A DNA stretch of 64,000 nucleotides, from positions 54,081-118,080 of the forward strand of contig CAZNPW010000001.1 of NCBI GenBank assembly GCA_964575185.1, given 5' to 3'. Source of the DNA: an uncultured Exiguobacterium sp. Lineage in GTDB: Bacteria; Pseudomonadota; Alphaproteobacteria; Rhodobacterales; Rhodobacteraceae. Numbering within the stretch: the stretch's first letter is position 1; each line of letters begins with the position of its first letter. Made by a program: the position numbers and the translations under genes. The notes below the pieces were generated by a model. That model did no database searches and was not told the origin of the DNA. It worked only from the letters and a program-made list of their open reading frames with translations. This document shows positions 1 to 9,676 of this stretch, one piece after another.

Positions 1-17
1 CCTGCGCGGGTGAGGCG

Positions 18-62
18 CCGATGTCTTCCAAGACATCGGACCGGAACCTTCGAAGGTTCCGG
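18..62. repeat. REP family B: two adjacent perfect palindromes, CCGATGTCTT-CC-AAGACATCGG and CCGGAACCTTCGAAGGTTCCGG
   Basis: Read directly. The second palindrome recurs identically at 47614..47635. It lies just downstream of the bdhA stop. Confidence 0.7.
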
Positions 63-71
63 GGCCCGGCG

Positions 72-854
72 TCACAGCGCGGTCCAGCCGCCGTCGACGC
101 TGATCGTGGTGCCGGTGATCTGGTCGGCGGCGGGCGAGCAGAGGAACACCACCGTGCCGCCCACCTGGTCCACCGTTGCGAACTGGCGCGAGGGCTGGCG
201 GGCGAGCATGACCTCGCGGATCACCGTGTCGCGGTCCATCCCGTGCGTCTTCATCTGGTCGGGGATCTGCGATTCCACCAGCGGCGTCAGGACGTAGCCC
301 GGGCAGACCGCGTTGGCGGTGATTCCCTGCCCCGCGCATTCGAGCGCGATGACCTTGGTCAGGCCGACGACCGCGTGCTTGGAGGCGACGTAGGCCGCCT
401 TGTAGGGGCTCGCGGTCAGCCCGTGGGCGGAGGCCACGTCGATCACCCGGCCCCAGCCCGCCGCGCGCATCCCCGGCAGCGCGGCGGCGGTGGTGTGGAA
501 GGCCGAGGTGAGGTTGATGGCGATGACGCGGTCCCAGGCGTCGGGAGCGAAGTCCTCGATCGGGGCCACGTGCTGGATGCCCGCGTTGTTGACCAGGATG
601 TCGCAGGTGCCCATGGCCGCGACCGCCTGCGCCACCAGCGCGCGGCAGGCGGCCCCGTCGGCCATGTCCGCCGCGACGTAGCGCGCGGCGACGCCGTGCC
701 TGCGACCGAGATCGGCGGCCAGCGCGTGGTCCTCGGGCCGGTCGGTGAAGCTGTTCAGCACCACGCCCGCCCCCGCCGCCGCCAGCGCCTCGGCGATGCC
801 GAGGCCGATGCCGCTGGTCGACCCGGTGATGACGGCGGTCTTTCCCGCGAGCAT
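72..854 (-). CDS. bdhA: 3-hydroxybutyrate dehydrogenase-type short-chain dehydrogenase
   Basis: ORF 72..1070 trimmed to the ATG at 854, which follows a GAGGGAG RBS. The N-terminus MLAGKTAVITGSTSGIGLG carries the Rossmann motif, and NNAG and YxxSK motifs are present, as in BdhA. Confidence 0.8.
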   Translation of the reverse strand: MLAGKTAVITGSTSGIGLGIAEALAAAGAGVVLNSFTDRPEDHALAADLGRRHGVAARYVAADMADGAACRALVAQAVAAMGTCDILVNNAGIQHVAPIEDFAPDAWDRVIAINLTSAFHTTAAALPGMRAAGWGRVIDVASAHGLTASPYKAAYVASKHAVVGLTKVIALECAGQGITANAVCPGYVLTPLVESQIPDQMKTHGMDRDTVIREVMLARQPSRQFATVDQVGGTVVFLCSPAADQITGTTISVDGGWTAL

Positions 855-990
855 GGGCGTCTCCCTCTCTTCTGCGGCGCAGCATAGGCCGCGGGAGGGG
901 TGATGCAAAGGCCCGTGACATGCCGCGCGCCCGCCCTGCCGCCGCCGCATTCCCGCTGCATCGAGGCAAGCGATGCGGGAGGAGACCGGG

Positions 991-2040
991 ATGACCATGG
1001 ACCGGGAGATGACGGCCGGCCGCTTTGCGATGGCCGTGACGCGCGACGACGGCACGCGGATCGACGTCACGATCGACGGCAGCGGGCTGACCTACGCGCG
1101 GTCGGGCGCGATCACGGGGGGCGCGGTCGTTACGGTCGCGCTGGTGCTGCACAAGCCCGGCGCGGGCGAGGTCAAGACGGTCTGGTACCCCGACATGACC
1201 GACGCGGCCAAGCTCGCTGCGGTGACGGGCAAGGCGCTGTGGAATCACCCCTCGGCGCTGGTCTACCTGGCCGACGAGCTGTCGGCGGCGTTCCGGTGGG
1301 ATTGCGCGGGCCTGGCGGAGATCGAGGCGCTGCGGGACGCGGGCGCGGTGGAGCAGCCGCCGGGCCGCACGCTCAGCGGCACCGAGGGCGACGACCGGCT
1401 GGCGGGCACCGAGGCGGGCGAAAAGATCTGGGGGCGCGGCGGCGACGACCGCTTGCGGGGCGAGGGCGGAAACGATTCGCTTCAGGGCGGCACCGGGCAG
1501 GACCGGATGCGCGGCGGCGACGGCGATGACGCCATGGGTGGCAACACCGGCGACGACCGGATGCGGGGCGACCGGGGCTCTGACACGCTCGACGGCGGGT
1601 CGGGCGACGACCGGCTGCGCGGCGATGCGGGCGACGACCTGCTGGTCGACCTGTCGGGCAACAACCGGATGCGCGGCGGGTCGGGCGACGACACGCTGCG
1701 GTCGGGCAAGGGCAACGACGTGATGATCGGGAACGCCGGCGACGACCTGATCGTCGCGGGCGGCGGGCGCGACTTCGCCATGGGCAACGCCGGGGCGGAC
1801 ACCTTCCGGTTCGGCAGCGACAGCCGCGGCGAGCTTATCATCAAGGCCTTCGAAGCCGCTGACCGCTTCGACCTTGGCGGCGTCGGCAGCGCCGAGGCGG
1901 AGTTCGGGCAGTTCCTGGCGGAGGCGCGCGAGGCGGGCGGCAACGTCATCTGGCAGCACGGCGCGATGACGGTGGTGCTGCTCGACACCCGGATCGCGGA
2001 CATCGGCCTGCAGAACTTCGCGGGCGCGGACCTGATCTGA
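991..2040 (+). CDS. RTX-type calcium-binding repeat protein (hemolysin-type GGxGxD nonapeptide repeats), putative T1SS substrate
   Basis: About 14 tandem GGxGxDxL/M nonapeptides (GGDDRLRGEGGNDSLQGGTGQDRMRGGDGDD...). The ATG at 991 follows GGGAGGAG. A strong terminator lies at 2063..2087. Confidence 0.75.
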   Translation: MTMDREMTAGRFAMAVTRDDGTRIDVTIDGSGLTYARSGAITGGAVVTVALVLHKPGAGEVKTVWYPDMTDAAKLAAVTGKALWNHPSALVYLADELSAAFRWDCAGLAEIEALRDAGAVEQPPGRTLSGTEGDDRLAGTEAGEKIWGRGGDDRLRGEGGNDSLQGGTGQDRMRGGDGDDAMGGNTGDDRMRGDRGSDTLDGGSGDDRLRGDAGDDLLVDLSGNNRMRGGSGDDTLRSGKGNDVMIGNAGDDLIVAGGGRDFAMGNAGADTFRFGSDSRGELIIKAFEAADRFDLGGVGSAEAEFGQFLAEAREAGGNVIWQHGAMTVVLLDTRIADIGLQNFAGADLI

Positions 2041-2062
2041 ACCCTGCGACAGCCTCCGAAAG

Positions 2063-2087
2063 GCCCCGCATCCCGCGGGGCTTTTTT
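2063..2087 (+). terminator. Rho-independent terminator of the RTX gene
   Basis: Stem GCCCCGC, loop atccc, stem GCGGGGC, followed by TTTTTT. Confidence 0.75.
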
Positions 2088-2112
2088 CATGGCTCACAGC
2101 CCACCGGGCATG

Positions 2113-2188
2113 AAAAAAACGCCGGCGCGAGGCCGGCGTTCAGTTCTTGAGGCAGGTTTCATACAGGCAAGAAACCTATCGAGCAGTA
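2113..2188 (-). ncRNA. Candidate small RNA of about 75 nt
   Basis: On the minus strand, TTGGCG-N17-TATAAG (2222..2194) is followed by stem-loop AGGTTTC-N10-GAAACCT. A 9-bp GC stem AACGCCGGC/GCCGGCGTT plus a T7 run follows. No minus-strand CDS lies upstream. Confidence 0.35.
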
Positions 2189-2297
2189 GGAACCTTATAG
2201 CCCCCTTCCCCGGCCGCGCCAAGTTAAAAGTTTGAAATGACTGCGTCCCGGAAGTAGCGTCGGCGCAAAGACAAATCACGAACAGGAGAGGTTCCGC

Positions 2298-4109
2298 GTG
2301 ACACCCCTGCCCCGCCGCCTGCCCGCCCGCCTGACGGCCATGCTCGCCTGCCTGTGGCTCGCCCTGCCCGCCCTGGCCGAACCACAGTATGGCATCGCTA
2401 TGTATGGCGACCCCGCGCTGCCACCGGATTTTGTGTCGCTGCCCTATGCCAACCCCGACGCGCCCAAGGGCGGGCGGATCGTCTTCGGCGAGAACGGCAG
2501 CTTCGATTCGCTGAACCCCTTCGTCCAGAAGGGCAGCCCCGCCTCGGGCATCAGCGCGATGACGGTCGAGACGCTGATGGGGCGCAGCTACGACGAGCCC
2601 TTCACGCTCTACGGCCTGCTCGCCGAATCGGTCGAGACCGACGACGCGCGCAGCTTCGTGCAGTTCGTGATCCGCCCCGAGGCGCGGTTCTCGGACGGCA
2701 GCCCGGTGACGGCGGACGACGTGCTCTGGTCGGTCGAGGCGCTCGGCACCATCGGCAACGCCCGCTACAGGGCGGCGTGGGAGAAGATCGCGACGGCGGA
2801 AAAGATCGGCGACCGGACGGTGCGCTTCACCTTCAACACGCCCGACCGCGAGCTGCCGCTGATCCTGGGCCTGCGGCCGATCCTGAAGAAGGCGCAGTGG
2901 GAGGGCCGCGACTTCGCCGCGACCGCGACCGAGGCGATCATCGGCTCGGGGCCCTACATCGTCGGGCCCTACGAGATGGGGTCCTACATCACCTACGTCC
3001 GCAACCCCAACTGGTGGGCCGCGGACCTGCCCTTCTACCGCGGCCAGGCGAACTTCGACGAGGTGCGCTACGACTGGTTCGGCGACGCGGGCGTGGTGTT
3101 CGAGGCGTTCAAGGCGGGCGAGATCACCAGCTACCGCGAGGGCAACCCGGCCAAGTGGGCGACCAACTACGACTTTCCCGCGGTGCGGTCGGGCGAGGTG
3201 GTGCTGTCCGAAATCCCCAACCGGCGTCCGTCGGGGATCGAGGGCTTCGTGATGAACACGCGCAACCCGCTGTTCCGGGACTGGCGGGTGCGCGACGCGC
3301 TGCTGCGCGCCTTCAACTTCGAGCTTGTCAACCGCACCGTCACCGGCGGCACCCAGCCGCGGATCGAAAGCTACTTCTCGAACTCCACGCTGGCCATGGG
3401 GCCGGGGCCGGCCGAGGGGCGGGTGCGCGCGCTGCTCGCGCCCTTCGCGGACAGCCTGGTGCCCGGCGCGCTCGACGCCTACGCGCTGCCGGTGGGCGAC
3501 GGGACCGAGGCCAACCGCGCGCAGATCCGCGCGGCGGCGGGGCTTCTGGAGGAGGCGGGCTGGACGGTGCAGGACGGGGTGCTGCGCAATGCGCAAGGCA
3601 CCCCCTTCGCCTTCGAGATCCTGCTGCAGAACGGCCAGGACGACATCATCGCCGCCGCCTCCATCTACGTCGAGGCGCTGAAGCGGCTGGGGATCGAGGC
3701 CCGCATCACCACGGTCGATTCGGCGCAGTATCGCGAAAGGACCGGCACCTACCAGTTCGCGATGACGCACTACATCCGCGCGCTGTCGCTCAGCCCCGGC
3801 AACGAGCAGACGCTCTACTGGGGGTCGGCCGGCGTGACCGAGCCCAACACGCGCAACTGGATGGGCATGGACAGCCCGGCGGCGGAAGCGATGATCGCGA
3901 ACATGCTCGCGACATCCGACCCGGCCGAGTATCTGGCCAGCGTGCAGGCGCTCGACCGGGTGCTGACGACGGGGCGCTACGTCATCCCGATCTGGTATTC
4001 CAGGGTCAGCCGCCTCGCCCACCGCGCCGACCTGCGCTACCCCGACCGCCTGCCGCTCTACGGCGACTGGATCGGGTTCCAGCCGGATGTCTGGTGGCAG
4101 CAGGAGTGA
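2298..4109 (+). CDS. ABC transporter substrate-binding protein, family 5 (YejA/oligopeptide-like)
   Basis: GTG start 7 nt after AGGAGAG. A signal peptide is present (RRLPARLTAMLACLWLALPALA). Length and motifs are typical of peptide/microcin-type SBPs. No permease genes are adjacent. Confidence 0.8.
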   Translation: MTPLPRRLPARLTAMLACLWLALPALAEPQYGIAMYGDPALPPDFVSLPYANPDAPKGGRIVFGENGSFDSLNPFVQKGSPASGISAMTVETLMGRSYDEPFTLYGLLAESVETDDARSFVQFVIRPEARFSDGSPVTADDVLWSVEALGTIGNARYRAAWEKIATAEKIGDRTVRFTFNTPDRELPLILGLRPILKKAQWEGRDFAATATEAIIGSGPYIVGPYEMGSYITYVRNPNWWAADLPFYRGQANFDEVRYDWFGDAGVVFEAFKAGEITSYREGNPAKWATNYDFPAVRSGEVVLSEIPNRRPSGIEGFVMNTRNPLFRDWRVRDALLRAFNFELVNRTVTGGTQPRIESYFSNSTLAMGPGPAEGRVRALLAPFADSLVPGALDAYALPVGDGTEANRAQIRAAAGLLEEAGWTVQDGVLRNAQGTPFAFEILLQNGQDDIIAAASIYVEALKRLGIEARITTVDSAQYRERTGTYQFAMTHYIRALSLSPGNEQTLYWGSAGVTEPNTRNWMGMDSPAAEAMIANMLATSDPAEYLASVQALDRVLTTGRYVIPIWYSRVSRLAHRADLRYPDRLPLYGDWIGFQPDVWWQQE

Positions 4110-4124
4110 CGGGACACGCGGGCC

Positions 4125-4928
4125 TCACGCGTCGCGCCGGGCGATCCAGTCGTGGGCCGGGTCGTTCTGGAACCGCCACTTGCGCAGCGGACCGGCCATG
4201 ACGTTGAGGTAATAGAGGTCGTAGCCGTAGGCGGCACCGACCGGGTGGTGCCCGCGCGGCACCAGCGTCACGTCGTGGTCGCGCACCGTCATCGTCGCGT
4301 CCAGCGCGCCGTCCTCGGTATAGACGCGGTGGATGGCGAAGCCCTGCGGCGGGTCCAGGCGGTGGTAGTAGGTCTCCTCGAGGTAGGTCATCCGGGGAAA
4401 ATCGTCCGCGTCGTGGCGGTGGCTCGGATAGCTCGACCAGTGCCCGGCCGGGGTGAAGACCTCGGTGACGAGCAGGCTGTCCGCCACGTCGCGCTCCTCC
4501 ATCGCGATGGCGTTGACGTAGCGCCGGTTCGTCCCCTGTCCGCGCGGCGCGAGCGCGATCCCCTCCGGCCCCAGCCGCCGCGCGGGATGGTTGCCCTTGC
4601 CCGGCGCGGAGCAGACGGCGAGCACGGCGGGCCCCTGCCCGACGGCGCGCCAGTCGCTGCCCGGCGGCAGGTAGAGGCAATGCGGCGCCGTGCGCGCGAA
4701 GGGGCTGGCGCGGTCGCCGAGCAGGCCCCAGTCGCGCCCCGCCGCCGCGACGGCCACGTGCCCCTCGACCACCACGAGGATCACCTCGCGTTCGCCCGTC
4801 GCGCCCGCCGCCGCCTCGCCGTCGGCCAGCCGCCAGAGATCGAACCCGACATAGGCCCAGCCCGCGCCCGCGGGCGTGATCGCGTGAACCCGGCCCGTGG
4901 GTCCTGCCGGTCGCCGCAACAAGTTCAC
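4125..4928 (-). CDS. iolB: 5-deoxy-glucuronate isomerase
   Basis: The 267-aa cupin protein resembles IolB. It is the last gene of the iolCDEB string. Confidence 0.85.
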   Translation of the reverse strand: MNLLRRPAGPTGRVHAITPAGAGWAYVGFDLWRLADGEAAAGATGEREVILVVVEGHVAVAAAGRDWGLLGDRASPFARTAPHCLYLPPGSDWRAVGQGPAVLAVCSAPGKGNHPARRLGPEGIALAPRGQGTNRRYVNAIAMEERDVADSLLVTEVFTPAGHWSSYPSHRHDADDFPRMTYLEETYYHRLDPPQGFAIHRVYTEDGALDATMTVRDHDVTLVPRGHHPVGAAYGYDLYYLNVMAGPLRKWRFQNDPAHDWIARRDA

Positions 4929-4951
4929 GTCCGCGCCCTCTCTTTCCGGCC

Positions 4952-4985
4952 CAAATACTCCGGGGGTGCGGGGGCCGGCCCCCGC
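4952..4985. repeat. REP family E: CAAATAyyCCGGGGG flank plus an 18-bp perfect GC palindrome, GCGGGGGCCGGCCCCCGC
   Basis: Lies in the iolE-iolB spacer. A related copy sits at 26634..26670 in the glgC-glgA spacer. Confidence 0.6.
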
Positions 4986-4996
4986 CGCCCGTTCCG

Positions 4997-5896
4997 TCAG
5001 CCCCGGTCCAGCCCCGCCCGGCGCGCCATCGTCCGCAAGGCCCGCAGGCCCATCGTCTGGTAGACGACCGGGTCGCGCAGGTCCGGGTCCTGCTCGGCCT
5101 CGATCACCAGCCAGCCCCGGTAGCCGTGCGCCGCCGCCGCATCGAGCACCGGGGCGAAGTCCACCCCGCCCTCGGGGTCGCCCGGCACGGTGAAGACGCC
5201 GCGGCGCACGGCCTCGAGGAAGCTCAGGCGCCGGTCCCTCGCCTCGGCCATCACCGCGGGGCGGACGTTCTTGGCGTGGATGTGCCCGACCCGGCCCATG
5301 TGCCGGCGCGCCAGCGCCGCCGGGTCGCCGCCGCCGAAGACGCAGTGCCCGGTGTCGAGCAACAGCTTCGTCGCCGGGCCGGTCGCTTCCATCAGGCGGT
5401 CGATCTCGGCCTCGGTCTCGACGACCGTGCCCATGTGGTGATGGTAGACGAGCGCGATGCCGCGCGCCGCGGCATGGGCGGCCAGCGCCTCCACCCCTGC
5501 GCCGAAGGCGGGCCAGTCGGCCTCGGCCAGGCGGGGCCGGTCGGCCAGCGGCACGGCGTCGTCGCCGTGGACCGCGTTCGAGGTCTCGCAGGCGATGATG
5601 ACCTGGCAGCCCATCGCGGCGAGAAGGTCGAGCGCGGGGTCCATCGCGGCCTTCTCGTCGTTCAGGCTTCGCGTCAGCAGGTTCAGCGAGTGCCAGCCCG
5701 AGACGTAGCGCAGGCCGCGCGGATCCAGCACGGCGCGCAGGCCGGTCGGGTCGGCGGGGAACCTGTGGCCCTTCTCGATCCCGTCGAACCCGATCGCCGC
5801 CGCCTGGTCGAGGCAGGTGTCGAGGCTGATGTGCGCGCCGAGCGAGCGGTCGTCGTCGTTCGACCAGGCGATGGGGTTGGTGCCGTAGCGGATCAT
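4997..5896 (-). CDS. iolE: myo-inosose-2 dehydratase
   Basis: 299-aa xylose-isomerase-like TIM barrel ([15 protein letters not shown]...). Its start overlaps the iolD stop (ATGA). Confidence 0.85.
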   Translation of the reverse strand: MIRYGTNPIAWSNDDDRSLGAHISLDTCLDQAAAIGFDGIEKGHRFPADPTGLRAVLDPRGLRYVSGWHSLNLLTRSLNDEKAAMDPALDLLAAMGCQVIIACETSNAVHGDDAVPLADRPRLAEADWPAFGAGVEALAAHAAARGIALVYHHHMGTVVETEAEIDRLMEATGPATKLLLDTGHCVFGGGDPAALARRHMGRVGHIHAKNVRPAVMAEARDRRLSFLEAVRRGVFTVPGDPEGGVDFAPVLDAAAAHGYRGWLVIEAEQDPDLRDPVVYQTMGLRALRTMARRAGLDRG

Positions 5897-7716
5897 GTCA
5901 CTCCCGTCCCGCGCCGGGCGGCGAGCGCGCCTTCATACCCCGCGCGCGCCGCGCGGACCTCGGCCCGGGGGCTGACCTCGGGCACCGCCACGTCCCACCA
6001 GTGGCCACCGCCGACGGGCGAGGGGCCGGGGTCGCTGTCGATGACGATGACGAAGGGCCGGTCGCCGCCGCGGGAGGCGAGCGCGGCCTCGAGCCCCGCG
6101 ATGCCGTCGGCCCTGACCGCGCGCGCCCCCAGGCTCGCGGCATGGGCCACGAAATCGATGTGGGCGGCGTTGACGCGGCGGCTGTCGGCCAGAAGATTGT
6201 TGAAGGGTGCGCCGCCGGTCGCCTGCTGCAGCCGGTTGATGCAGCCGTAGCCGCGGTTGTCGGTGACGACCACGGTGAAGCCGATCCCCAGCATCGCGGC
6301 GGTGGCGAGTTCGGAGTTCGCCATCAAGTAGCTGCCGTCGCCCAGCATGCAGACGACGTCGGCCTGCGGCCGGGCCATCGCGATGCCCATCGCCCCCGCG
6401 ATCTCGTAGCCCATGCAGGAGAAGCCGTATTCCATGTGGTAGCCGCCGGCGGCGGCCTGCCAGAGCTTGTGGAGCTCGCCCGGCATGGTGCCCGCGGCTC
6501 CCATGACGACCGTCGTCGCCCGCGCCGCGCGGTTGACCGCGCCGATCACCTGCGCGTCGGTCGGCAGCGCGTTGCCCTCGGGCGCGGCGAGCGCGGGGGC
6601 GATGGAGGCGAGCCAGCCGGCCTTGCCGGAAGGCACCGGCCACCTCTGCGCTCCGAGCGCCCGGTCGAGCGCCTGCAGGGCGATCCGCGCATCGGACACG
6701 AGGCTCGTCGCGCCGTGCTTGGCGGCGTCGAAGGGCTGGACGTTGACCGACAGGATCTTCCGGCCCGGGCGGGCGAAGAGACTCCGGCTCCCCGTCGTGA
6801 AGTCCTGCAACCGCGTGCCGATCCCGATCACGAGGTCCGCCGCGCGGCAGACCGCGTTGGCGCTTTCCGCGCCGGTCACGCCGACCGGGCCGAAGTTCAG
6901 CGGGTGGTCGTGCGCCAGCGCCGACTTGCCCGCCTGCGTCTCGACCACCGGGATGCCGTGGCTGTCGGCGAAGGAGGCGAGGTCGGCCTCGGCCTCGGCG
7001 TAGATCACGCCGCCGCCGGCGACGATCACCGGGGCCTTCGCGGCGCGGAGCAGCGCCACCGCCTCGGCCAGTTCGCCCGCGTCGGGGGCGGGGCGGCGGA
7101 TGCGCCAGGTTTTCGGCGCGAAGAACGCCGCCGGGTAGTCGAAGGCCTCGGCCTGCACGTCCTGGCAGAAGGCGAGCGTCACCGGGCCGCAGGCGGCGGG
7201 GTCGGTCATGACGGCGAGCGCGCGGGGCAGCGCGGTCAGGAGGTGTTCGGGCCGCGAGATGCGGTCGAAGTAGCGGCTGACCGGGCGGAAGCAGTCGTTG
7301 ACCGACAGGGTGCCGTCGCCGAAATCCTCGATCTGCTGCAAGACCGGGTCCGGCCCGCGGTTCGCGAAGACGTCGCCGGGGATCAGCAGCACCGGCAGGC
7401 GGTTGACATGCGCGAGGCCCGCCGCGGTCACCAGGTTCAGCGCGCCGGGGCCGATCGAGGTGGTGACGGCCATGGCGCGCCGGCGCCGGTGGGCCTTGGC
7501 GAAGGCGATGGCGGCGTGCGCCATGGTCTGTTCGTTGTGGCCGCGCCAGGTGGGCAGGTCGTCGCCCATGCCGTGCAGCGCCTCGCCGATGCCCGCCACG
7601 TTGCCGTGGCCGAAGATCGCCCAGACGCCCTCGACGAAGCGCTCGCCCTCCTCGGTCATCTGGACCGCCAGCCAGCGCATCATCGCCTGCGCCGCCGTGA
7701 GCCGGATCGTCGTCAT
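5893..7716 (-). CDS. iolD: 3D-(3,5/4)-trihydroxycyclohexane-1,2-dione acylhydrolase (ThDP enzyme)
   Basis: ORF trimmed to [16 protein letters not shown]. ThDP-binding motifs are present (GDGSY...N). Its ATG overlaps the iolC stop. Confidence 0.85.
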   Translation of the reverse strand: MTTIRLTAAQAMMRWLAVQMTEEGERFVEGVWAIFGHGNVAGIGEALHGMGDDLPTWRGHNEQTMAHAAIAFAKAHRRRRAMAVTTSIGPGALNLVTAAGLAHVNRLPVLLIPGDVFANRGPDPVLQQIEDFGDGTLSVNDCFRPVSRYFDRISRPEHLLTALPRALAVMTDPAACGPVTLAFCQDVQAEAFDYPAAFFAPKTWRIRRPAPDAGELAEAVALLRAAKAPVIVAGGGVIYAEAEADLASFADSHGIPVVETQAGKSALAHDHPLNFGPVGVTGAESANAVCRAADLVIGIGTRLQDFTTGSRSLFARPGRKILSVNVQPFDAAKHGATSLVSDARIALQALDRALGAQRWPVPSGKAGWLASIAPALAAPEGNALPTDAQVIGAVNRAARATTVVMGAAGTMPGELHKLWQAAAGGYHMEYGFSCMGYEIAGAMGIAMARPQADVVCMLGDGSYLMANSELATAAMLGIGFTVVVTDNRGYGCINRLQQATGGAPFNNLLADSRRVNAAHIDFVAHAASLGARAVRADGIAGLEAALASRGGDRPFVIVIDSDPGPSPVGGGHWWDVAVPEVSPRAEVRAARAGYEGALAARRGTGVT

Positions 7717-9620
7717 GCCGCCCCCCTCGCCGCATCCCACAGCCCGCAGAGCCTGCGGAAGCTTTCCGCCATCACCGCGACCGCCTCCGCATCGTCGATG
7801 CGCCCGGCCATCCAGTCGCGCCCCGCAGCGCCGTGGATCGTGCGGCCCACGGCGAAGCCTTTCACGAGCGGCTGGCGGGCGGCAAGGGCGAAGGCGGCGG
7901 CGAGGTCGGCCTCCGCCTGGCCGAGGCCGAGGACGACGACGCCCTGCACGTGCGGGTCGCGCGCGGCAATGGCGTCGCAGGTCGCCTGCCACGCCGCCGC
8001 GGTGCGCATCGGCTCGAGCTTCCACCAGTCGGGGAAGATGCCCGCGTCGTAGGTGCGGTGGATCAGCCGCGCCACCGTGTCGTCCGCCACCGGGCCGACC
8101 CTGGAGGGGATGAGTTCCAGCAGCATCTCGAGCCGGTTGCGGCGGCAGGCGGCGAAGAGGCGGGTCAGCGTCGCCTCCTGGTCCGCCTGCATCTCCGGCG
8201 CGTCATCGGGGTGGGCGAAGCAGAGGACCTTCACGATATGGTCGACCGGCCATTCGGCCAGCCCGCCGAAGTCGGGCCCGATCTCGGGCTCGAGCCGCAG
8301 CGGGCGGCTGGCGGGCCATTCGACGGGGCGGGCAAGCCACAGCTTCGCATCCGGGCCCTGCCCCGCCGCGCGGTGCAGCGCGCTGCGCCCGAGGCGGCTG
8401 TCGCAGAGCAGGCCATAGCCGTCGCGGCCGTCCGCCACCGCAAGCGTGGCGTCGAGGCACAGCTCCTTGAACCGGGCGATGCGGGCGGGGGTCGCGCCGG
8501 GGATCTCCTGAAGCTGGGCGCGGTGGTCGAAGGCGAAGGCGCGCACCTCGGTCCACCGCCTGCGCCGGGTGGTGGACCAGTGGAGCTGTTCGAGCGCCGC
8601 ATCGTGCCGCAGGGCGGGGGTGACGACGCCGCGGGTCAGGAAGAACCGCAGCTCCTCCCACGACGGATAGGCCGGGGTGCAGCCGTGGCGGCTGACCGCG
8701 AAGGCGCCGCAGGCGTTGGCGTAGGCGAGCGCGCGCGGCCAGCGCTCACCGTCGAGCCAGCCCTTCAGCAGGCCCGCGAAGAAGCCGTCGCCCGCGCCGA
8801 GGACGTTGAAGACCTCGATCGGGCAGCCGGGGCCGGATTCGCCCTGATCGAGCGTGGCGGGGATGGCGCCGGCGAAGGCCGCCGCCCCCATCGGACCGCG
8901 CTTGCAGACGAGCGCGGCGGGGGTCGTCGCGCGCACCGCGCGCAGGGCCGCCATGGTGTCGGTGACGCCGCCGGCGATGTGGAACTCCTCCTCGGTGCCG
9001 ACGATCAGGTCGAAGCGGTGCAGGTGGCCCTGCAACCGCGCGGTGACGGCGGCGCTTTCGACGAAGCGGCTCTCGCCGTCGCCATGCCCCGCGACGCCCC
9101 AGAGGTTCGGGCGGTAGTCGATGTCGAGCGCCGTCCTGAGGCCGTGCGCGCGGGCGAGGTCGAGCGCGCGGACCACCGCGGCCTCGGTCATCGGGTGGGA
9201 CAGGTGCGTGCCGGTGACGACCAGCGCGCGGGCGTCGGCGACGAGGCCTTCGTCGATGTCGGCGGGCGTCAGGCCCATGTCGGCGCAGTTTTCCCGGTAG
9301 AAGATCAGCGGAAAGGTCCTGTCGTCGCGGATGCCGAGGATGACGAGCGCGGTCAGCCGCGCGGGGTCGACCTTGACGCCGCGGGTCGAGACGCCGTTGC
9401 GGGCGAGCTCTTCGGTGATGAAGCGGCCCATGTGCTCGTCGCCGACGCCGGTGATGACGGCGCTGCGCAGGCCGAGCCGCGCGGCGCCGCAGGCGATGTT
9501 GGTGGGCGAGCCGCCGATGTATTTCTGGAACGACCCCATGTCCTCGAGCCGGCCGCCGACCTGGGTGCCGTAGAGGTCGACCGAGGCGCGGCCGAGGGTG
9601 ATGACGTCCAGCGCGGGCAT
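7713..9620 (-). CDS. iolC: Bifunctional 5-dehydro-2-deoxygluconokinase / DUF2090 aldolase-like fusion
   Basis: N-terminal PfkB kinase domain (GSPTNIA, GAGD) plus a C-terminal DUF2090-type domain. The ATG at 9620 follows GGGGGAA. The alternative ATG at 9656 would put the IolR operator inside the CDS. Confidence 0.85.
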   Translation of the reverse strand: MPALDVITLGRASVDLYGTQVGGRLEDMGSFQKYIGGSPTNIACGAARLGLRSAVITGVGDEHMGRFITEELARNGVSTRGVKVDPARLTALVILGIRDDRTFPLIFYRENCADMGLTPADIDEGLVADARALVVTGTHLSHPMTEAAVVRALDLARAHGLRTALDIDYRPNLWGVAGHGDGESRFVESAAVTARLQGHLHRFDLIVGTEEEFHIAGGVTDTMAALRAVRATTPAALVCKRGPMGAAAFAGAIPATLDQGESGPGCPIEVFNVLGAGDGFFAGLLKGWLDGERWPRALAYANACGAFAVSRHGCTPAYPSWEELRFFLTRGVVTPALRHDAALEQLHWSTTRRRRWTEVRAFAFDHRAQLQEIPGATPARIARFKELCLDATLAVADGRDGYGLLCDSRLGRSALHRAAGQGPDAKLWLARPVEWPASRPLRLEPEIGPDFGGLAEWPVDHIVKVLCFAHPDDAPEMQADQEATLTRLFAACRRNRLEMLLELIPSRVGPVADDTVARLIHRTYDAGIFPDWWKLEPMRTAAAWQATCDAIAARDPHVQGVVVLGLGQAEADLAAAFALAARQPLVKGFAVGRTIHGAAGRDWMAGRIDDAEAVAVMAESFRRLCGLWDAARGAA

Positions 9621-9640
9621 GGGTTCCCCCGACTCGTTAT

Positions 9641-9654
9641 GGAACAAATATTCC
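9641..9654. promoter_or_regulatory. IolR-type operator GGAA-N6-TTCC upstream of iolC
   Basis: GGAACAAATATTCC, embedded in the larger palindrome ATGGAACAAATATTCCAT. It matches the GGAA-N6-TTCC motif described for the Sinorhizobium IolR. Confidence 0.6.
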
Positions 9655-9676
9655 ATCGCCCCCGGCCTGTGAAGCC

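Noticed and set aside
2094-2162. A 22-codon ORF (MKPASRTERRPRAGVFFMPGGL) inside the candidate sRNA.
   Set aside because: It has no RBS, it runs through the terminator hairpin, and it has an Arg-rich shadow-frame composition.
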